Origin: Octopus sinensis
Taxonomy: Eukaryota
Direction: 5' to 3'
Length of the DNA stretch: 64,000 nt
Assembly (NCBI RefSeq): GCF_006345805.1
Contig: NC_043012.1
Span: 8,060,001 to 8,124,000 of the forward strand
Made by a program: the position numbers and the translations under genes. Below the pieces are notes generated by a model. It saw only the letters and a program-made list of their open reading frames with translations. It searched no databases and was not told where the DNA came from. Every line of letters begins with the position of its first letter. Positions within the stretch are counted from its first letter, which is position 1. This document shows positions 35,083 through 48,984 of the stretch, one piece after another.

Positions 35083-38000
35083 TTATTTATTTGTAAATGG
35101 ATAGAGAGGAAACGTGGCACCGACCACATGTGTATGATGGTGAGTATGGACGTGTCTTTGAGTGGGTGGGGAATTCTGATAGTCTCGAGTTTTATCAAAA
35201 TTTGGGGATGGTGATACAGAAGTCTCAGAGATTGATGTTTTTGGATGTGGTGAAGAATGACAGTTTGATGAGGGTCGTGATGAGGTTTTTTCCTGAAGTT
35301 CTGACATTTTGTGCATCTCATAATATGAGGCTGAAGAAGAATGGTGGATCACTTCTGCTGATTTAGAAGGTTCCAACTCAGTGCCGGGGAGGACAGGTTG
35401 GTTTAGAATATTCTTTTGGGAGGACGTGTTTTTTTCTTCTTTTTCAACATCGCTTTGGTTAAGCCGGTAGCCTAAATGAGATGGATGTAGGTAAGATGCG
35501 TTTGGGTAACCGAGCACGGGGTTAAACTGCCGATAGGCATCGAAGTGCAACGGACTGTAACCAGGTGACTGCATATAGGGGTAGGGTACATAATGAGGGT
35601 AATTTGCAGAAGTAGCAGCAGATACAGCTGTGTTACTGTTTGAACTAGGGACACTACTACTACTACTATTATTATTATTGGATGAGGATGATGATGATGA
35701 CGACGAGGAAGAAGACGGTGGCATGTTACTATTATTACTACTATTATTACTGCCACCACCACCACCACCACCACCACCACCACTGCCGCCGCCGCCACCA
35801 ACACCACCACCACCACCGCTGCCACCACCACCAATAACACCACTACCACCACTACTGCTGTTACCTAGAGACAACGAGTAGGAACTCTTTAGTTTCTGGC
35901 TTTCAGCTGGGCTGCGCAACTTGTCCATCATCATCATTCGCTTGTCGGAAGTCTGACAGAGATCTGGAATTGGTTTACTTATAGGTTTTATATCACGTAC
36001 CATCACCTCTTTAGTCTTCATGTCCAAGAGATCACGCTTGGAAGAGTTACTGCTATTACTGCTAGTATTGTTATCGCGAGAGAGAATCTCATCGTTGGGC
36101 ATTAACCTACCATGCTCCAACATCTTATGACCACCCTTAGGGATCATCAACTCCATTGCTTGCATGTCAGGCTTAGGCCCATACTCCATCTTGCGTTTCT
36201 CTTGTTCAAGGAACTTCTGCTGTTGGTACATATAAAAGTGTGGTATACCCTCGTGTCGGACATCATTGTGCTGCATCCGGTAGGCCTCAGCTTCTGACAT
36301 CTCACACCGAGACTTGTCCATCTGTGACTTCACCTCAAAGTTTTCGTTCATTATTTGGTGGTTTTCATTTTTTTTCTCTCTGATTGCCTGTTCTCGTTCC
36401 CTCTCCAGAGATTTCTCGACCATTATTTTCCGGTTGTCCGGGCCCTTATCTGTTTGGTTTGATTTCAAAGCCATATTGTGAGGACTCGATTTGATAGTGT
36501 GGACGTTGGGTGGAATATCAGAATGTGACGATGCTTTTAAGTCATCAGGTAAACCAGATTTGTTTTGAAATTCTATTGCTTTCTTGCAGGATTCAGCATC
36601 TTTACCCGGGTAGTGCTGTACTCGTTTTTGATCTTCTAAAGCTTTCTCGTATTGCTGTCGATACTGCGGGTCTGCCAGGTGATGCATGTGGAACGAAGGA
36701 TCAACATATCCATAGAGATATTGGAAGTGTGGAGGCTGAGGCCAGGCATAATACTGCTGGTACCATTTCTGTGGATAATCATGAGGTGAGATAGCTGCTG
36801 CTGCACTGCTTGGTCCACCGCTTCCACTGCCTCCTCCACCACCGCCGCCGCCACCACCACCTCCCCCTCCACCAGGAGGAGCACCTTCTTTATGCTTAGG
36901 ATCTTCTTTTTCTTCTTTGATTTTCTTTTCTTCACCCATTTTCATTCCTTCCTCTAATGAAACTCCCATTTTATCATCTTGGCAGCTGACCACAACGCCC
37001 TGGGGTGGTTCACTTTTGATTGAAGTCGATGCCTTGTGGTTGCCCACAGACGAGCTCCCTGACACACTGTTGGAAGCACTGCTCTGGCTGACATGAGACG
37101 AGGGCTGGGAAACATTAGGAACAAGGTAGGACGACTGGCCGTAGTAACCATACATACCATAATGGGGAACGGCTGTCGGAGGAGGTTCCGGGCTGTTCCG
37201 ACCTTGATGTTTCTCTTCTTTACGTGAGCTAGAACTTTCTTCCTTCACTTTCACAGGTGTGTCACCTTGTGTAGGGGACCCAGACTCATTGGCATCAGAA
37301 ATGTCTGAATAGGCTGGACTTTGGACGTCATCATTGACCGGCGTCTTCCTGTCTGGCGTTGAAAGTAAACCAGGCATTGGAGCGCCGACCTTTAAAAGGC
37401 CTGGGGGTTGTGTCATACGAGTGACTTGACTTGGATCGAGCGATGACTTGGGAGAGATTTGTGCAGCAATCACAGAGTTTGCACAGCCTAACGAACTAAC
37501 AGTCGATCGGGAGAGGTCAGATATTAAATGAGGGGGTTCCATTAAACTACTATCTTTTTTGGGCATCAAATCAAGCCCTGGTTTCGGTGGTGAAGCTACT
37601 GCTTTAATCACAGCTGTTCGTTCATATTTGGGGGTGTGATCCCCCTTCAGGGAGGGAACATCACATTTACCCAACTCTTTCTCTTTGCTACACTTCTTCT
37701 TTTGTTTTGGTTTTTTATCTTTGAAGCTGACAAGAGATGAGTTAATGTTCATGGATTCACCTAGGATGGTCGGTTTTGGCTGGATTGGCTTCAGTGAGGG
37801 AGATACCTGAGTATGAGTGGTTGGCACAGAGGTTAGGCCAGTGTGAGAAGAACTGACACTGCCAGGGAATGCCATAAGCTGGGGGCTAGGGGCTGGAACT
37901 ATTGGTCGAGTAGGAGTTTTACATTTTGATTTGTCAACCACAGATATTTTTTCTGTTTTTATAGTTTTGTCCGAATCTTTCAAATCCATCCGGCATGATT

Positions 38001-38882
38001 CTGCAACATGAGAGATTGTACCGAATGTAGTGACGGAGGTAAGTAAAGACTGGCTACTCATAGGACTGACCACAGAGGGCGCCACTGATGATGCCGACAT
38101 AGATAGCATGGGGCTCGTCTGACAGTTTGTTTGAGTTACCATGGAAACACCACCTGTGCCTAGACAACCCATGGGGGCACCAGGAAGTTGGTACATTTGA
38201 TTAGGAAGAGGCTTTGAGACAGAACCACCAACACTGAGACCAGATGGAGGATGTATGGAAGCACAACAACTTGATGGATGTTCACTCTTAATTACTTTCT
38301 CAGTTTTAATTGTTTCTCCTAATGATGTTATTTCACTTTTAATTGACGTTTTGTCTAATAAAACTTTCTGTTCATCACTAGCTTCGTCCGCTGACTGGCA
38401 ACTGATTTGTTCTTGATTTAAATCACCTGCTGTGGACCCTTCCTCGGCATGGATATTGTCATCACTTTGTATCTCTTCCTTGATTTTCTCTTTCCGACTG
38501 CTTTTCTCACTGGTTTCGTCTTTCCGACTACGACTGACTTCCTCGTCAGTTATATTACCTTCCATGCTTATAGCATCCTCATCGCGTAAATTCTCGTCAG
38601 CCTCTTGGGCTTGCAGCATGGAACTGTGATGAGCGTGAGACTGATGGTAGCGTAGACCATTAATATGTTTGTACTGTTTGTTACAGTTGGCTTCAGGACA
38701 TTTCAACAGAACCGGCGAACTGGACTCTCCACTAGCAGACCCAGTACTAGCGACACCGTTACCGCTGGTTGACAAACTGATCGTAGCTGAAGACATTGAA
38801 GAATTATTTATACTACTACTACTGCTGCTGCTGCTGCTGTTGTTGTTGCTGTTGTTGTTATTGTTGTTGCTGCTGTTGTTAC

Positions 38883-38916
<34 letters not shown>

Positions 38917-39367
38917 GCCACTAGCACTTGTGTTACTATTGGCACTGGTGCCGCTCCTCCAGCTTGACCGGCACCTTTTGCTTCCTTTGCAAGGATCTGA
39001 AGGAACGGACAAATCCAAATCTGAAGGCCTTCCCTTGCGTTTCAAAGAACTGCTGCGATCGTGCTCTAATTTGGCAGGGCTGGCCGGAGCCTGGAAGCTG
39101 TTGCCTCCACACCGCCGGCCTTTCCGAAGTTTGCGTCCCTCGTTGTTGTTGCCGTTGCCATTGTTGTTGTTGTTGCTGTTATTGTTGTTGTTATTGTTGT
39201 TGCTGCTGCTACTGTTGTTGCTGCTGCTGTTGTTGTTGTTGTTGTTGCCACCACCACTGATATTCAAGCGTTCATTGACCGGCGTCGCAGTGTTGCCTCG
39301 GCCTCGCTTGCCGCGTCCTTTCGGAGTCCTTGATTCGAAGTCACTTACAGGAGAGTCACAGTTGAAT
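35083..39367 (-). CDS. ZNF608: Large last coding exon (about 1427 codons plus stop; first base completes a split codon) of a ZNF608/ZNF609/scribbler-family zinc-finger transcriptional regulator; 5' exons not found in window
   Basis: Uninterrupted 4.3-kb ORF. It begins FNCDSPVSDFESRTPKGRGKRGR (resembles the vertebrate RFCDSPTSDLE...GRGKR block) and contains the single C2H2 finger CPEANCNKQYKHINGLRYHQSHAH, the VQSPAYSDISD motif and the terminal QRHVHTHHHTHV motif, all typical of ZNF608/609/sbb. No GT donor lies between these last codons and the TAA at 35083-35085. Invertebrates have one co-orthologue, so the symbol is at family level. Confidence 0.9.
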
Positions 39368-39395
39368 CTGAAGGAGAGAACAACATGGATTAGGA
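39368..39395 (-). promoter_or_regulatory. 3' splice acceptor of the ZNF608/609 exon
   Basis: Minus strand reads CCTAATCCATGTTGTTCTCTCCTTCAG|ATTCAAC: a CTAAT branch-point match, a pyrimidine tract and CAG, exactly where family similarity begins. Confidence 0.75.
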
Positions 39396-40836
39396 ATCCA
39401 ACAAGTCTTAGCATTTTGGACAAGAAGTTTTCAAGGGCAAGTGGGGGAAGGAAGGGGGGTGGCAAGGGCTGGACACCAGTAAAAGAGGGGAAATACAATG
39501 CAGACATACAGACAGACAAAACCACCGCTATTCAAAGGATTATCATAGAATTAATCTATGGGAGGATTTTTTTTGGTTAAGATAAAAACAGAGATATTTT
39601 TTTTAATTAGAATAAATGTCTGTTGTATGGAAGTAATTCTTTGGGCAGCCCAAAATAATAAGTTTGGGCTAAAAACAACATTGGAATGTATACAAGTAGA
39701 AGGTGAAAGTGGGTTATGCCTAACATCTGGTCATTTCTCCATTGCATCATCATCATCATCATCATCATCTCTCTCTCCATCTCTCGCTATGTTGTTGCGT
39801 TATGCTGCAGCTGTTACACAATAACCACTCTCCTCCAGTCTGCCTGAGGTTAATGATTAATGATTGGTTAGTCACAGGAGGATTACAGTGGGTTTGCTAA
39901 CTTTTACTTTTAGTTCAATCCATATATAGTCAGTTGACTACTTGTAGTAGTGGTGGTAGGAGCAGGAGCAGTAGTAGTAGTTGTAATAGTAGTAGTAGTA
40001 GTAATAGTAGTAGTAGTACAACAACAACAAATGCAGGCAGAAAAAATAAACAATGAAAAGAAAAAAAAATTTGACAGAAATTTAATCAATCAAGTGCAAG
40101 AGGTGGGGATGGGGAGTGAGAGGTGAGGTAGGAATGGATATCTTGTGTGTGTGTGTGTGCGCGTGTGCGTGTGTATATGTGTATGCACACACATACCCAT
40201 ATACACGCGCACACATCTTGCATCTTGTGGGTTGATGTCGGGGAGGATTGTCAACTGATGAGTGACTAAGAGGTGGGGGGTGGGGGTGTTAGCACTTGTT
40301 AGGATTAATTAGCATTAGTGACAAAGGGCACATAACGCATCGAAGCAGATGCACAAACATATCGCATATGCACATACACATGCACACACAAAATCTGATC
40401 TAAGATAAATCAGGAAAGCAAACAGGATTAATTGTGGAAAGTCTTTGTATTTCCCATCGACTGTGATAATGGTACCCTATAATCAATGTATTATCTATAA
40501 AGGTACCCCAATGTCTAGTTACAGACATGTAACAGCCTTAGGGCACCTATCAAAATGTGACCACAATACTAAGTGCACCTATCAAAATGTGATCACCACA
40601 TTATAGTTCGGCTATCAAGATCAAACGGATGCATTCTGGTGCATCTAGGATTCTAGAGAAAATATATGAGAATGTTCAATTCTAACATCAAGCTAAATGA
40701 TATTTAATAAACAGAAGTAATTTCTCTTATTTGTCGTGTTTGAAACATTTAGTAAATAAACTAAGGTTTAAAAGAAAGGTTTAGCAACATGAGGTTTTAA
40801 GTAAGGTTTACTAAAATATTCAAAAGTTCAGCATGA

Positions 40837-41180
40837 AGGTGCATGGCTCAGTGGTTAGAGTATTGGGCTCACAATCGGAAGGTAGTGAGTTCGATTCCGG
40901 CACTAGGATGTGTGTTGTGTTCTTGGGCAAGACACTTTATTTCATATTTCTCCAGTTCACTCAACTGTAGAAATTAGTTGCGACGTCAGTGGTGCCAAGC
41001 TGTATTGGCTGTTGCCATTCCCTTGGATGACATCAGTGGTGTGGAGAGAGTAGGCTGGTATGTGTGGGCGACTACTGGTCTTCCATAAAACACCTTTGGC
41101 CAGACTTGTGTCTCAGAGGGGAACTTCCGAGGTGCAATGAAATGGTTATTCATAACTGAAGGTGGTCTTTACGCTTTTAC
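40837..41180 (+). mobile_element. tRNA-derived SINE family D
   Basis: A box TGGCTCAGTGG, B box GAGTTCGATTCC, then TTGGGCAAGACACTT...CTCCAGTTCACTCA; a second copy lies at 42662-42955. Confidence 0.8.
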
Positions 41181-42661
41181 TAAAGTTCAGTTTAATTAAG
41201 ATTTAATTAAGCAAGGCATAATGAGCTCTGGTTCAGTACAAGATTTAGTAAAGTAAGGCTTAGTATAATATTTAGTAAACTAAGGTTTGTTAAACTGATT
41301 TTTTATAAAATGAGGGTTTAATAAAATAAATGGAAAAATTAGCAGATATAAAATATCTTGATTACAGCATTATCCTTTTTTATTAATGTAAGAAGGAGGA
41401 GGTGAGTAAAGCTAGAGTGCAGGTGTGGTGTGTGACCATGAGGAGGGGTGACAAGTAACTTCAGAATGTGTGGGGGTGGTGAGTGACCATGCAAGGTGTG
41501 TGCATGTGTTGTGGTGGTGGGGTTAGTGTTGAGTGACCCTCACTCCCTCCGGACAACTAGTAAATGTAGTTGATGGTCATTTAACAAGTGGAATGGTCAA
41601 TCAATGGTCAGCTAATGAAAACCTGGATGTAGTTGGATAAAGCTGTTTTATATGGGGAGCGGGATGGGGTGGGGGTTCGCTTTGGTGATGAGATGATGGA
41701 TGGAGGATAAGTAACAGGTGGATTAAATTGGGAATGTAGTAGTAGTAGTAGTAGTAGTAAAAAAAGACAGAGAGAGTGAGAGAGGACACAGTTGGATAGA
41801 TAGAGAATGATGATTAATGAGTTAAGATTCAGGTGAGTGACAAATTTGTAAAAAGATAAGTTCAACTCCAAAAGTTCGTTAGAAACAGAGAGAAGGAATT
41901 ATTGTTACAATGTTAATGACACAACATAGTTTGCCATTCTCTTTGGTCAGTCTAGTACAGTGGTTCACAACCTGCTGGGAGCTCAGTGCCTCTCATCACA
42001 GAATGGTACTCTACCCCCCCCCCCCACCACCACCCTGTGTCAACCAATATTTTGAAATAAATAAAATCAATTGTTTTGATCATAGAGGAGCTAATGGTTT
42101 AAATGGTTATGGAAAGTTTTAATCTCTTGGTTCCACTCCCTCTCTCAGCTGAGAGGTTCTTTTCTTTTGAGCGCATAGGTGCTGGTGCCACATTAAGGGC
42201 ACTTGTGCTGGCGCAGTGTAAAAAAAGCACCCAATCCAGTACACTTTGTAAAATGATTGGTGTTAGGAAGGGCATCCAACTATAAAAACCATGCAAAAAC
42301 ATGAAAATTGGAGCCTGGTGCAGTTCTCAGGCTTGCCAGCTCTTGTCAAACTGTCCAACCCATGCCAGCATGGAAAACGGATGTAAGATGAAGATGAGAA
42401 TGAAAGCAAGGACTTTATATAATGAAATTCTATTGGGATTTGGCATATTATCAGTAATTTTTTCTACTCTCTGCTAGCACAATGTCCTACTTATATTCTA
42501 TATTCCTGCAAAAGATTTTTTAAATATGTGTTTAAATTGTTATAAGCCTTGTATCTATTTTAAACCTTTTGTTATCATATTTCTGTTGAAATACTCCTTG
42601 TTTCAAATGACTTAACAAGTAACAAAGAATTTAATAAATTAATTTTGTCCTTATTAAGCTG

Positions 42662-42955
42662 GTATGAAGTTACATGGCTCAGTGGTTAAAGCATCAAGTT
42701 CACAATCACAAGGTAGTGAATTCGATTCCCAGACTCGGTTGTGTTCTTGAGCAAGACACTTCATTTCACATTGCTCCAGTTCATGCAGCTGTGGAAATGG
42801 AGTTGCGACATCACCGTTGCCAAGCTGTATCGGTCTTTGCCTTTTCCTCGGATAACATTGGTGGTGTGGAGAAGGGAGGCTGGTATGCATTGGCAACTGA
42901 TGGTCTTGCATAAACAACCTTGCCTGGACTTGCACCTCAAAAGATAACTTTCGAG
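42662..42955 (+). mobile_element. tRNA-derived SINE family D
   Basis: Homologous to 40837-41180. Confidence 0.8.
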
Positions 42956-43279
42956 GTTTAGGCTATACAATAACAAAGGAAGCCTCTAATTTAGATAATC
43001 TTAAAACATGAACTTTGTAGCAAAGAACCAGGGACAGTCTCATGTGGATTACAGTCTCGTGAAGGTTAGCCTCTTAGCATCCAGATTTCTCGGTCACATG
43101 CAGAGCTTATTTAATCACACTGTTCTGAATTAGCCATGCATAATCTTGCAGCTTCAAGAATTTGATGATGTGAAACATTTATTTTTAAAATGACATTGTA
43201 TGGTAAGCATGAAAGGCCAAATCTAGTCAGTTTGAACACAAGACAGATTAGTTAGTTAGTTAATTTTTTGGCTCAAAAT

Positions 43280-43472
43280 GCAAAAAGCAAGGCCATGTAG
43301 GGGGACATGGGGTTATGTACAGGGTGGTGTTCATGTAAAGAGTTCAGGCCACTTGAGGTCAAGGGAGACTTTGAACCGAGTGGTCGTCGGCATCTTCACC
43401 ATCTCGTCTGGCAGCTTATTCCACAGATCCACAACCCGGACGGAGAAAGCCCCTCTCCTTCGATTGAGATGA
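43280..43472 (-). mobile_element. CR1-type LINE 3' end nested in a piggyBac-type MITE
   Basis: Minus frame HLNRRRGAFSVRVVDLWNKLPDEMVKMPTTTRFKVSLDLKWPELFT* resembles the CR1 ORF2 C-terminus; MITE sequence continues on both sides. Confidence 0.7.
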
Positions 43473-44342
43473 ATATTTGGGCCAGATATGGTTGGTTTGA
43501 CCCTCTAGTATTCAGGTTGCTCTGTCAAATGTAATGCTTGTTCATTCACATTGTTTGGAATTAATCATGCATTATCTTGTAACCTGGAGACTTCAATGAT
43601 GTGACAGTTTTATTTTCGAAATGACATTGTAAGGGAGGTGTAAGACGCCTGATCTGGCCAGTTTGAGCATAAAGCAAGTGGAATATTTTGGCTAGAGATG
43701 GCCAGTTTAAATGCTAAAGTATTTCATTTCCCAGAAAAACACAAACTCCTTAACCCCCATGAACTCCACAACATCCCCAAGAAGTCAGGCACCACTGCCT
43801 AAGTTAAGAACCACTGGGCTAGCACAAGATAATCAGCTTGTAAATTTCCTATGAATTATGAGTCTAAATCATGGTATACATGCCATGATATAGTGTGTAT
43901 GTGTGGTGGCTATTTTCATCTAAGTTAACAAAGGTAAATAGAAAAACAAAGTACAGCAGTAGGGTACCTCGAATCCTGTACCTTAATTCTCTGAAAAGAA
44001 AACAAGGTATTCATTTGGTTTTGTTTAAAACACCACAATTTATTCAACATTTTCCATATTTCCATTATAACAATTTATGTACATTTCTACAATTATTTGC
44101 AACTACCAGAAGTTTACCTTCATTTCCCTGTGTTCTCTCCCAGATGACATAAGTTAGTCTCTAATTATATATAACTGGTAACTGTTTTATCTCTCTTAAG
44201 AAGGTTAGAACGGCTGTTTTGGCAAGGCAAGATTTAAACTACTGAATCACACACACAAACACACACATATATAAAAACACGCATACTTATTTATCTATCT
44301 ATCTGTCTGTCTGTCTATGTCTGTGCATGTATATATAGATAC

Positions 44343-44705
44343 AGGTGTGGCTATGTGGTAAGAGATTTGCTTCCCAATTACATGGTTCCAGGTTCAGTCC
44401 CACTGCGTTGCACCTTGGGTGTTTTTCTACTAAAGCCTTAGGCCAACCAAAGCTTTATGAGTGGATTTGGAGGACAGAAACTGAAAACAGCCTGTTGCTT
44501 ATATAAATTTCTGTGTCTTTGTGTTTGCCCCCCACCCCCACCCCCATTTGACAACTGGCATTGGTGTGCTTACATCTCAATAACTTAGAAGTTCAGCGTA
44601 AGAGATTGATAGAATAAGTAAAATGCTGGTGTTGATTCATTCGACTAAAAATTCTTCAAGGCAGTGCCCCAGCATGGCTGCAGTCTAATGATTGAAACAA
44701 GACAC
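44343..44705 (+). mobile_element. SINE family A, diverged
   Basis: Similarity to family A. Confidence 0.75.
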
Positions 44706-45180
44706 ACACACACACACACACGTATGTATTTCTGAGAGTGGTTGATGTTAAGAAGGGCATCCATCCATAGAAACCATGCTGATAGATTTAGAACTGCTAA
44801 ATCTTTCAAAGGTAGTTTTGGGATTTGTTTTAATTATGTTAGCATGGATTAGATGAATATATTATTGTAACACTGTTTTACAGCCAGATGTCCTTCTTGC
44901 AAACTTATACCTGTTTTTCAAGTGAAGGACATTTTATTTCACACATTTTCTAAAGTACATAGCCAACAGGCGCTTTCTCAACATAAATGATACCAGCATC
45001 ACTTCTTGTAGCTTGTGATTTCTGAAGAAGTACAAACACACACACATTTATACAATCAGCTCTTTCACTTTGTGTAACCAAATCTACTCACAAGGTTCTG
45101 ATCTTCGCAAGAAGACACAGAATTTGTTAATATCATTAATTACATAACAGAAAAAAACCCAACAAAGTTTAGCAGTTTAC

Positions 45181-45408
45181 CCCTTTAGCACTTACGCTGG
45201 CAATATCTGGTTCAAACATTCTACCAGTTTTATGTTCAAACCAGCCAGATTCTGCCTCTCACACCAACCCTACAATGTCATTTCAAGACTAAAACAATTA
45301 CTTAAATCAAAATCTTGAAGGTACAAGATAATGCATGTTTAATTGAAAGCAATGCAAATATATTAAGCATTACATTTGCCATTTTAGAGTAATCTGAATG
45401 CTAAAGGG
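45181..45408. mobile_element. piggyBac-type MITE
   Basis: CCCTTTAGCA...ATGCTAAAGGG|TTAA. Confidence 0.75.
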
Positions 45409-46916
45409 TTAAAGTTTAGTAAAGTCTGGAAGAGCTGAGCAACGTTGAACAGAAGCAAGGCCAAATGGTTAAAAAGCTCACCTTGCAACCATGAGGTCCT
45501 AGGTTCAATCCATCTGTGTCGGATTTGGGGCAAGAGCAGTTACCGTGTGCCCCCCCCCCGCTGACCTAAGCCATGTGAATGTAGCTGGGTAGGAGGAAAC
45601 TACAGAAAGAAACCTGTCCTTGTCACACCTGTGTCAGGATGTTCCAGATTGAGAATTAAGCTGCCGGGGGGGGGGGATATGTCCATGGTATACCCATCCA
45701 ATTCACAAGATAATTCACAGTTCAAGGTTTAGAAAGAGCAAGTGCTATAGTTGTTATTGTTGTAGCTGTGACCCCTAACTATGACCTCCTCCCCATGCCA
45801 ACTGCTTTCTGTTCTGTCCTGGTTCAAAGTTGGGGTGGTCACTTCTGCTGGAACAAACGCAGTTTTGAGAAACACGCAAAATCAAAGACGGCTTAGTCTG
45901 TCATAGATAACAGCTGAAACGTTAGGAAGAAATTCTTTGATAAGGAATCGGTTTAATGAACTGACTTTAAACTAACATCTGTGGAGGCCAAGTAAGTACC
46001 TTTAGTTACCAAGTCTTGGCAAATACAGCAAGAACTGGAGCACCGAGATTTGGCACCCTTTCACTCACCAGAATCTCTCTTCTTTAAATAAAGTGTGGAA
46101 TGTCAAGCGAGATAACAGAAAACATGATTCGGATTTGGGTAAAGATAAACAAAAATGACTTGATGCCAAGCGTGTGTATACACATGTGTGTGTGTGTGTG
46201 TGTAGAGTAAGAGAGAGATATTATATATACATATATATTTAATAATCAGTATCAGTTACACAGTGACTTGTGGGCCAAGAAGTTCATGCATTGGCATGTT
46301 GATAAGTACCTAGGCATGAAACTATACACTCACACACACACACTCATGTTTTTGAGTTCTATTTTCCTGTTTGCATCACCAAACCTCTGTGTGTGTGTGT
46401 GGTGTGTGTGTTTGTGTGTGTGTGTTCGTGTGTGTGTGTATGTGTTTGTGTGCACATATATACATATATATATATAAATGAGGAGAGAGAGAGAAAGGTG
46501 GGTAGATACATACACATAACTAGACATAGATAAAGCGACAGACCAAGAAATAGAGAGACAGACAGACAGACAAACAAACAAACAGGTAAACAGACAGATT
46601 GGGAGATGAATATATGGATGGATGAACAGACAGACAAAGTAGTCAGACAGACAGACAGATAAATAGATTGAGTTAAGTGTGAGTTTTAAATTTTCCAGTC
46701 TCTCACCCATCTCTTGAAATGAAATTAAACATTTTGCACTTGAGAGATTTTCAAGTAAAGAGAACTAACTCAAAAACATCGTTTGAATTTCTGCAGCAAT
46801 CTACCAGGTGCACACGCACGTGTGCGTATACACATGCATATTCAGAAATCCCTTCAGTATTTAAATAATATTTATAAAATATTTATTCTTTTTACTATGT
46901 TACACTTTTGCTTTAA

Positions 46917-47135
46917 CCCTTCAGTATTTAAACCGGCCATATCCGGCCAAAATAGCTAATCTGTTTTATGTTCAAACTGACCAGATCCAGGCTCTCACAC
47001 CTACCCTACAATGTTATTCTACATTAAGTAATTACACCATCAAGATCTTGAAGATATGAGATAATGCATGATTAATTCAAATCAATGGGAATCAATAAGC
47101 ATTATGTTTGATAGAATAATCAGAACACTAAAGGG
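46917..47135. mobile_element. piggyBac-type MITE
   Basis: TTAA|CCCTT...AAAGGG|TTAA with the same internal sequence. Confidence 0.8.
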
Positions 47136-47664
47136 TTAATATTTGATTGATTAAACTGTTTGATGTGGTGCCCCAGCATGGCCACGGTACAATGACTGAA
47201 ACAATCAAATGAATATATTCTTGATGCTGTCTTTGCTATTTTATTTTGAATTGCTGCTGCTGCCACCATCCTCATCATTTAACGTCCACCTTCCGTGCTG
47301 GCATGGGTTGGATGGTTTGACAGGAGCTGGCCAGGCAGGAGCCTAAACCAGACTCCTGTGTCTGTTTTGGCATGGCTTTTATGGCTGGATGCCCTTCCTA
47401 ACACCAAAGACCCAGCAGAGTGGACTGAGTGGGTTTTTTTTCACGTGGCACCAGCACGGGTGAAGTCAGTTTCGGTATGGTTTTTACAGTTGGATACCCT
47501 TCCAAGTGCCACATTTTACAGTGTGGACTGGATGCTTTTTACACGGCACCAGCACTGACAAGATCACCCAGTAACTTGCAAAACAAAGATCCTTTGAGAG
47601 GGGAGGAGGGCACTGAAGTAAGGGATCTTGTGACAGACGAGAGTTTATAGTGAGACAGAAACAG

Positions 47665-48020
47665 ATGCCTAACAGAAAAGTTAGCACACCGGGCGAAGTG
47701 CGTAGCCATATTTCGTCTGCCATTACGTCCTGAGTTCAACTTTGCCTTTCATCCTTTCGGGGTTAATAAATTAAGTACCAGTTAACGCACTGGGGTCGAT
47801 ATAATTGATTAAATCCGTTTGTCTGTCCTTGTTTGTCCTCTCTGTGTTTAGCCCATTTTCAAATTCCCCCAAGGTCAACTTTGCCTTTCATCCTTTCGGG
47901 GCCGATAAATTAAGTACCAGTTACACACTGGGGTCGATGTAATCGACTTAATCCCTTTATCTGTCCTTGTTTGTCCCCTCTATGTTTAGCCCCTTGTAGG
48001 CAATAAAGAAATAAGAAACA
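47665..48020 (+). mobile_element. Dimeric C2 SINE
   Basis: Two tandem body-plus-tail units; the last ends GGCAATAAAGAAATAAGAAAC. Confidence 0.75.
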
Positions 48021-48949
48021 GATGCCTTGCTGTAGGGGAGGTACATGGAGAGAGATAAAGAGAGAGAAAAAGATGAGTACAGAAACAGGTGCGCTGCTGT
48101 AAAGGAGATACATGGTTACCTAGCCTGAGGGAGGAGCAGGAGAAAGAGTGAGAGAGTGGGAGGCAGCAGGAGTGCAAGAGAGAGGGCAGGAGAGATGATG
48201 GCAAAATGCAGGGCATCATACCAGTACAGGTTGGATGGTTTGACAGAATCTGATGAACTGGAGGACTGCATCGAGCTCTAACGTCTATTTTCACAAGGTT
48301 TCTATATAGCTTGATGCCCTTCCTAATGGATGCAAACACTTTACAGAGTGTACTGAATGCTGTTTTTTTTTTTCTTTTCACGGCACCAACATCAGTGAGG
48401 TCATCAAGTAATTTGCAAGACAAAGGAAAAAGAAATCTCCAATTGAGTGGAGATGGAGTAGAGAGTGGGAGAGGGCTTTTTGTCAGGTGTTGAGAGACCA
48501 AATTATGATAGAAGGATAGAGAAGATGAAGAGGCATTCATCAAAAAAAAACTCAACAGGCTTTTGTTGTTAGCCTAAAGTGACTTTTGAATCAGCACCAG
48601 TAGACTGGGTGGAAAACCCTGCCTTAGTTTAAAGAATCTACTGTTATCTCCATCTTCGACATAATTAAGAAACATGAGAAGACAAACAATAAGTTTATAA
48701 TAATGGGTTCACAGCAATTCTATGGAAATTGTAAGAGAGGAAGAAAGGGAGAAAGGAGGAGAAAGCAAGAAAGCGAGGGAGAGAAAACTGAAGAATTATT
48801 ACTCGGAGAAGATTATCAAATTTGTTTTCCCAATAGCAATTTATATTTTACGCGTTATTGACTTCAGCTTTTGTATTTTAAATATTTTACCAGATATTTC
48901 AGTCAACCCATTCACTCTACAAAAGCCATTTTCCACTCATTTTCACATC

Positions 48950-48984
<35 letters not shown>

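Noticed and set aside
39368-39525. N-terminal 53 residues of the 1480-aa ORF as the true start
   Set aside because: The first codon is GTG, family similarity starts only after a good splice acceptor, and the conserved N-terminal domain is absent; kept only as a low-interest finding.
38669-39580. 303-aa plus-strand ORF with long poly-Leu
   Set aside because: Antisense shadow of the poly-Asn/Ser codons of the ZNF608/609 exon; the same applies to other short ORFs at 35.0-39.3 kb.
40837-40910. tRNA genes at the heads of families A, C, D and E
   Set aside because: A/B boxes are present, but I could not build a full cloverleaf with an acceptor stem, and each continues into a repeated SINE body.
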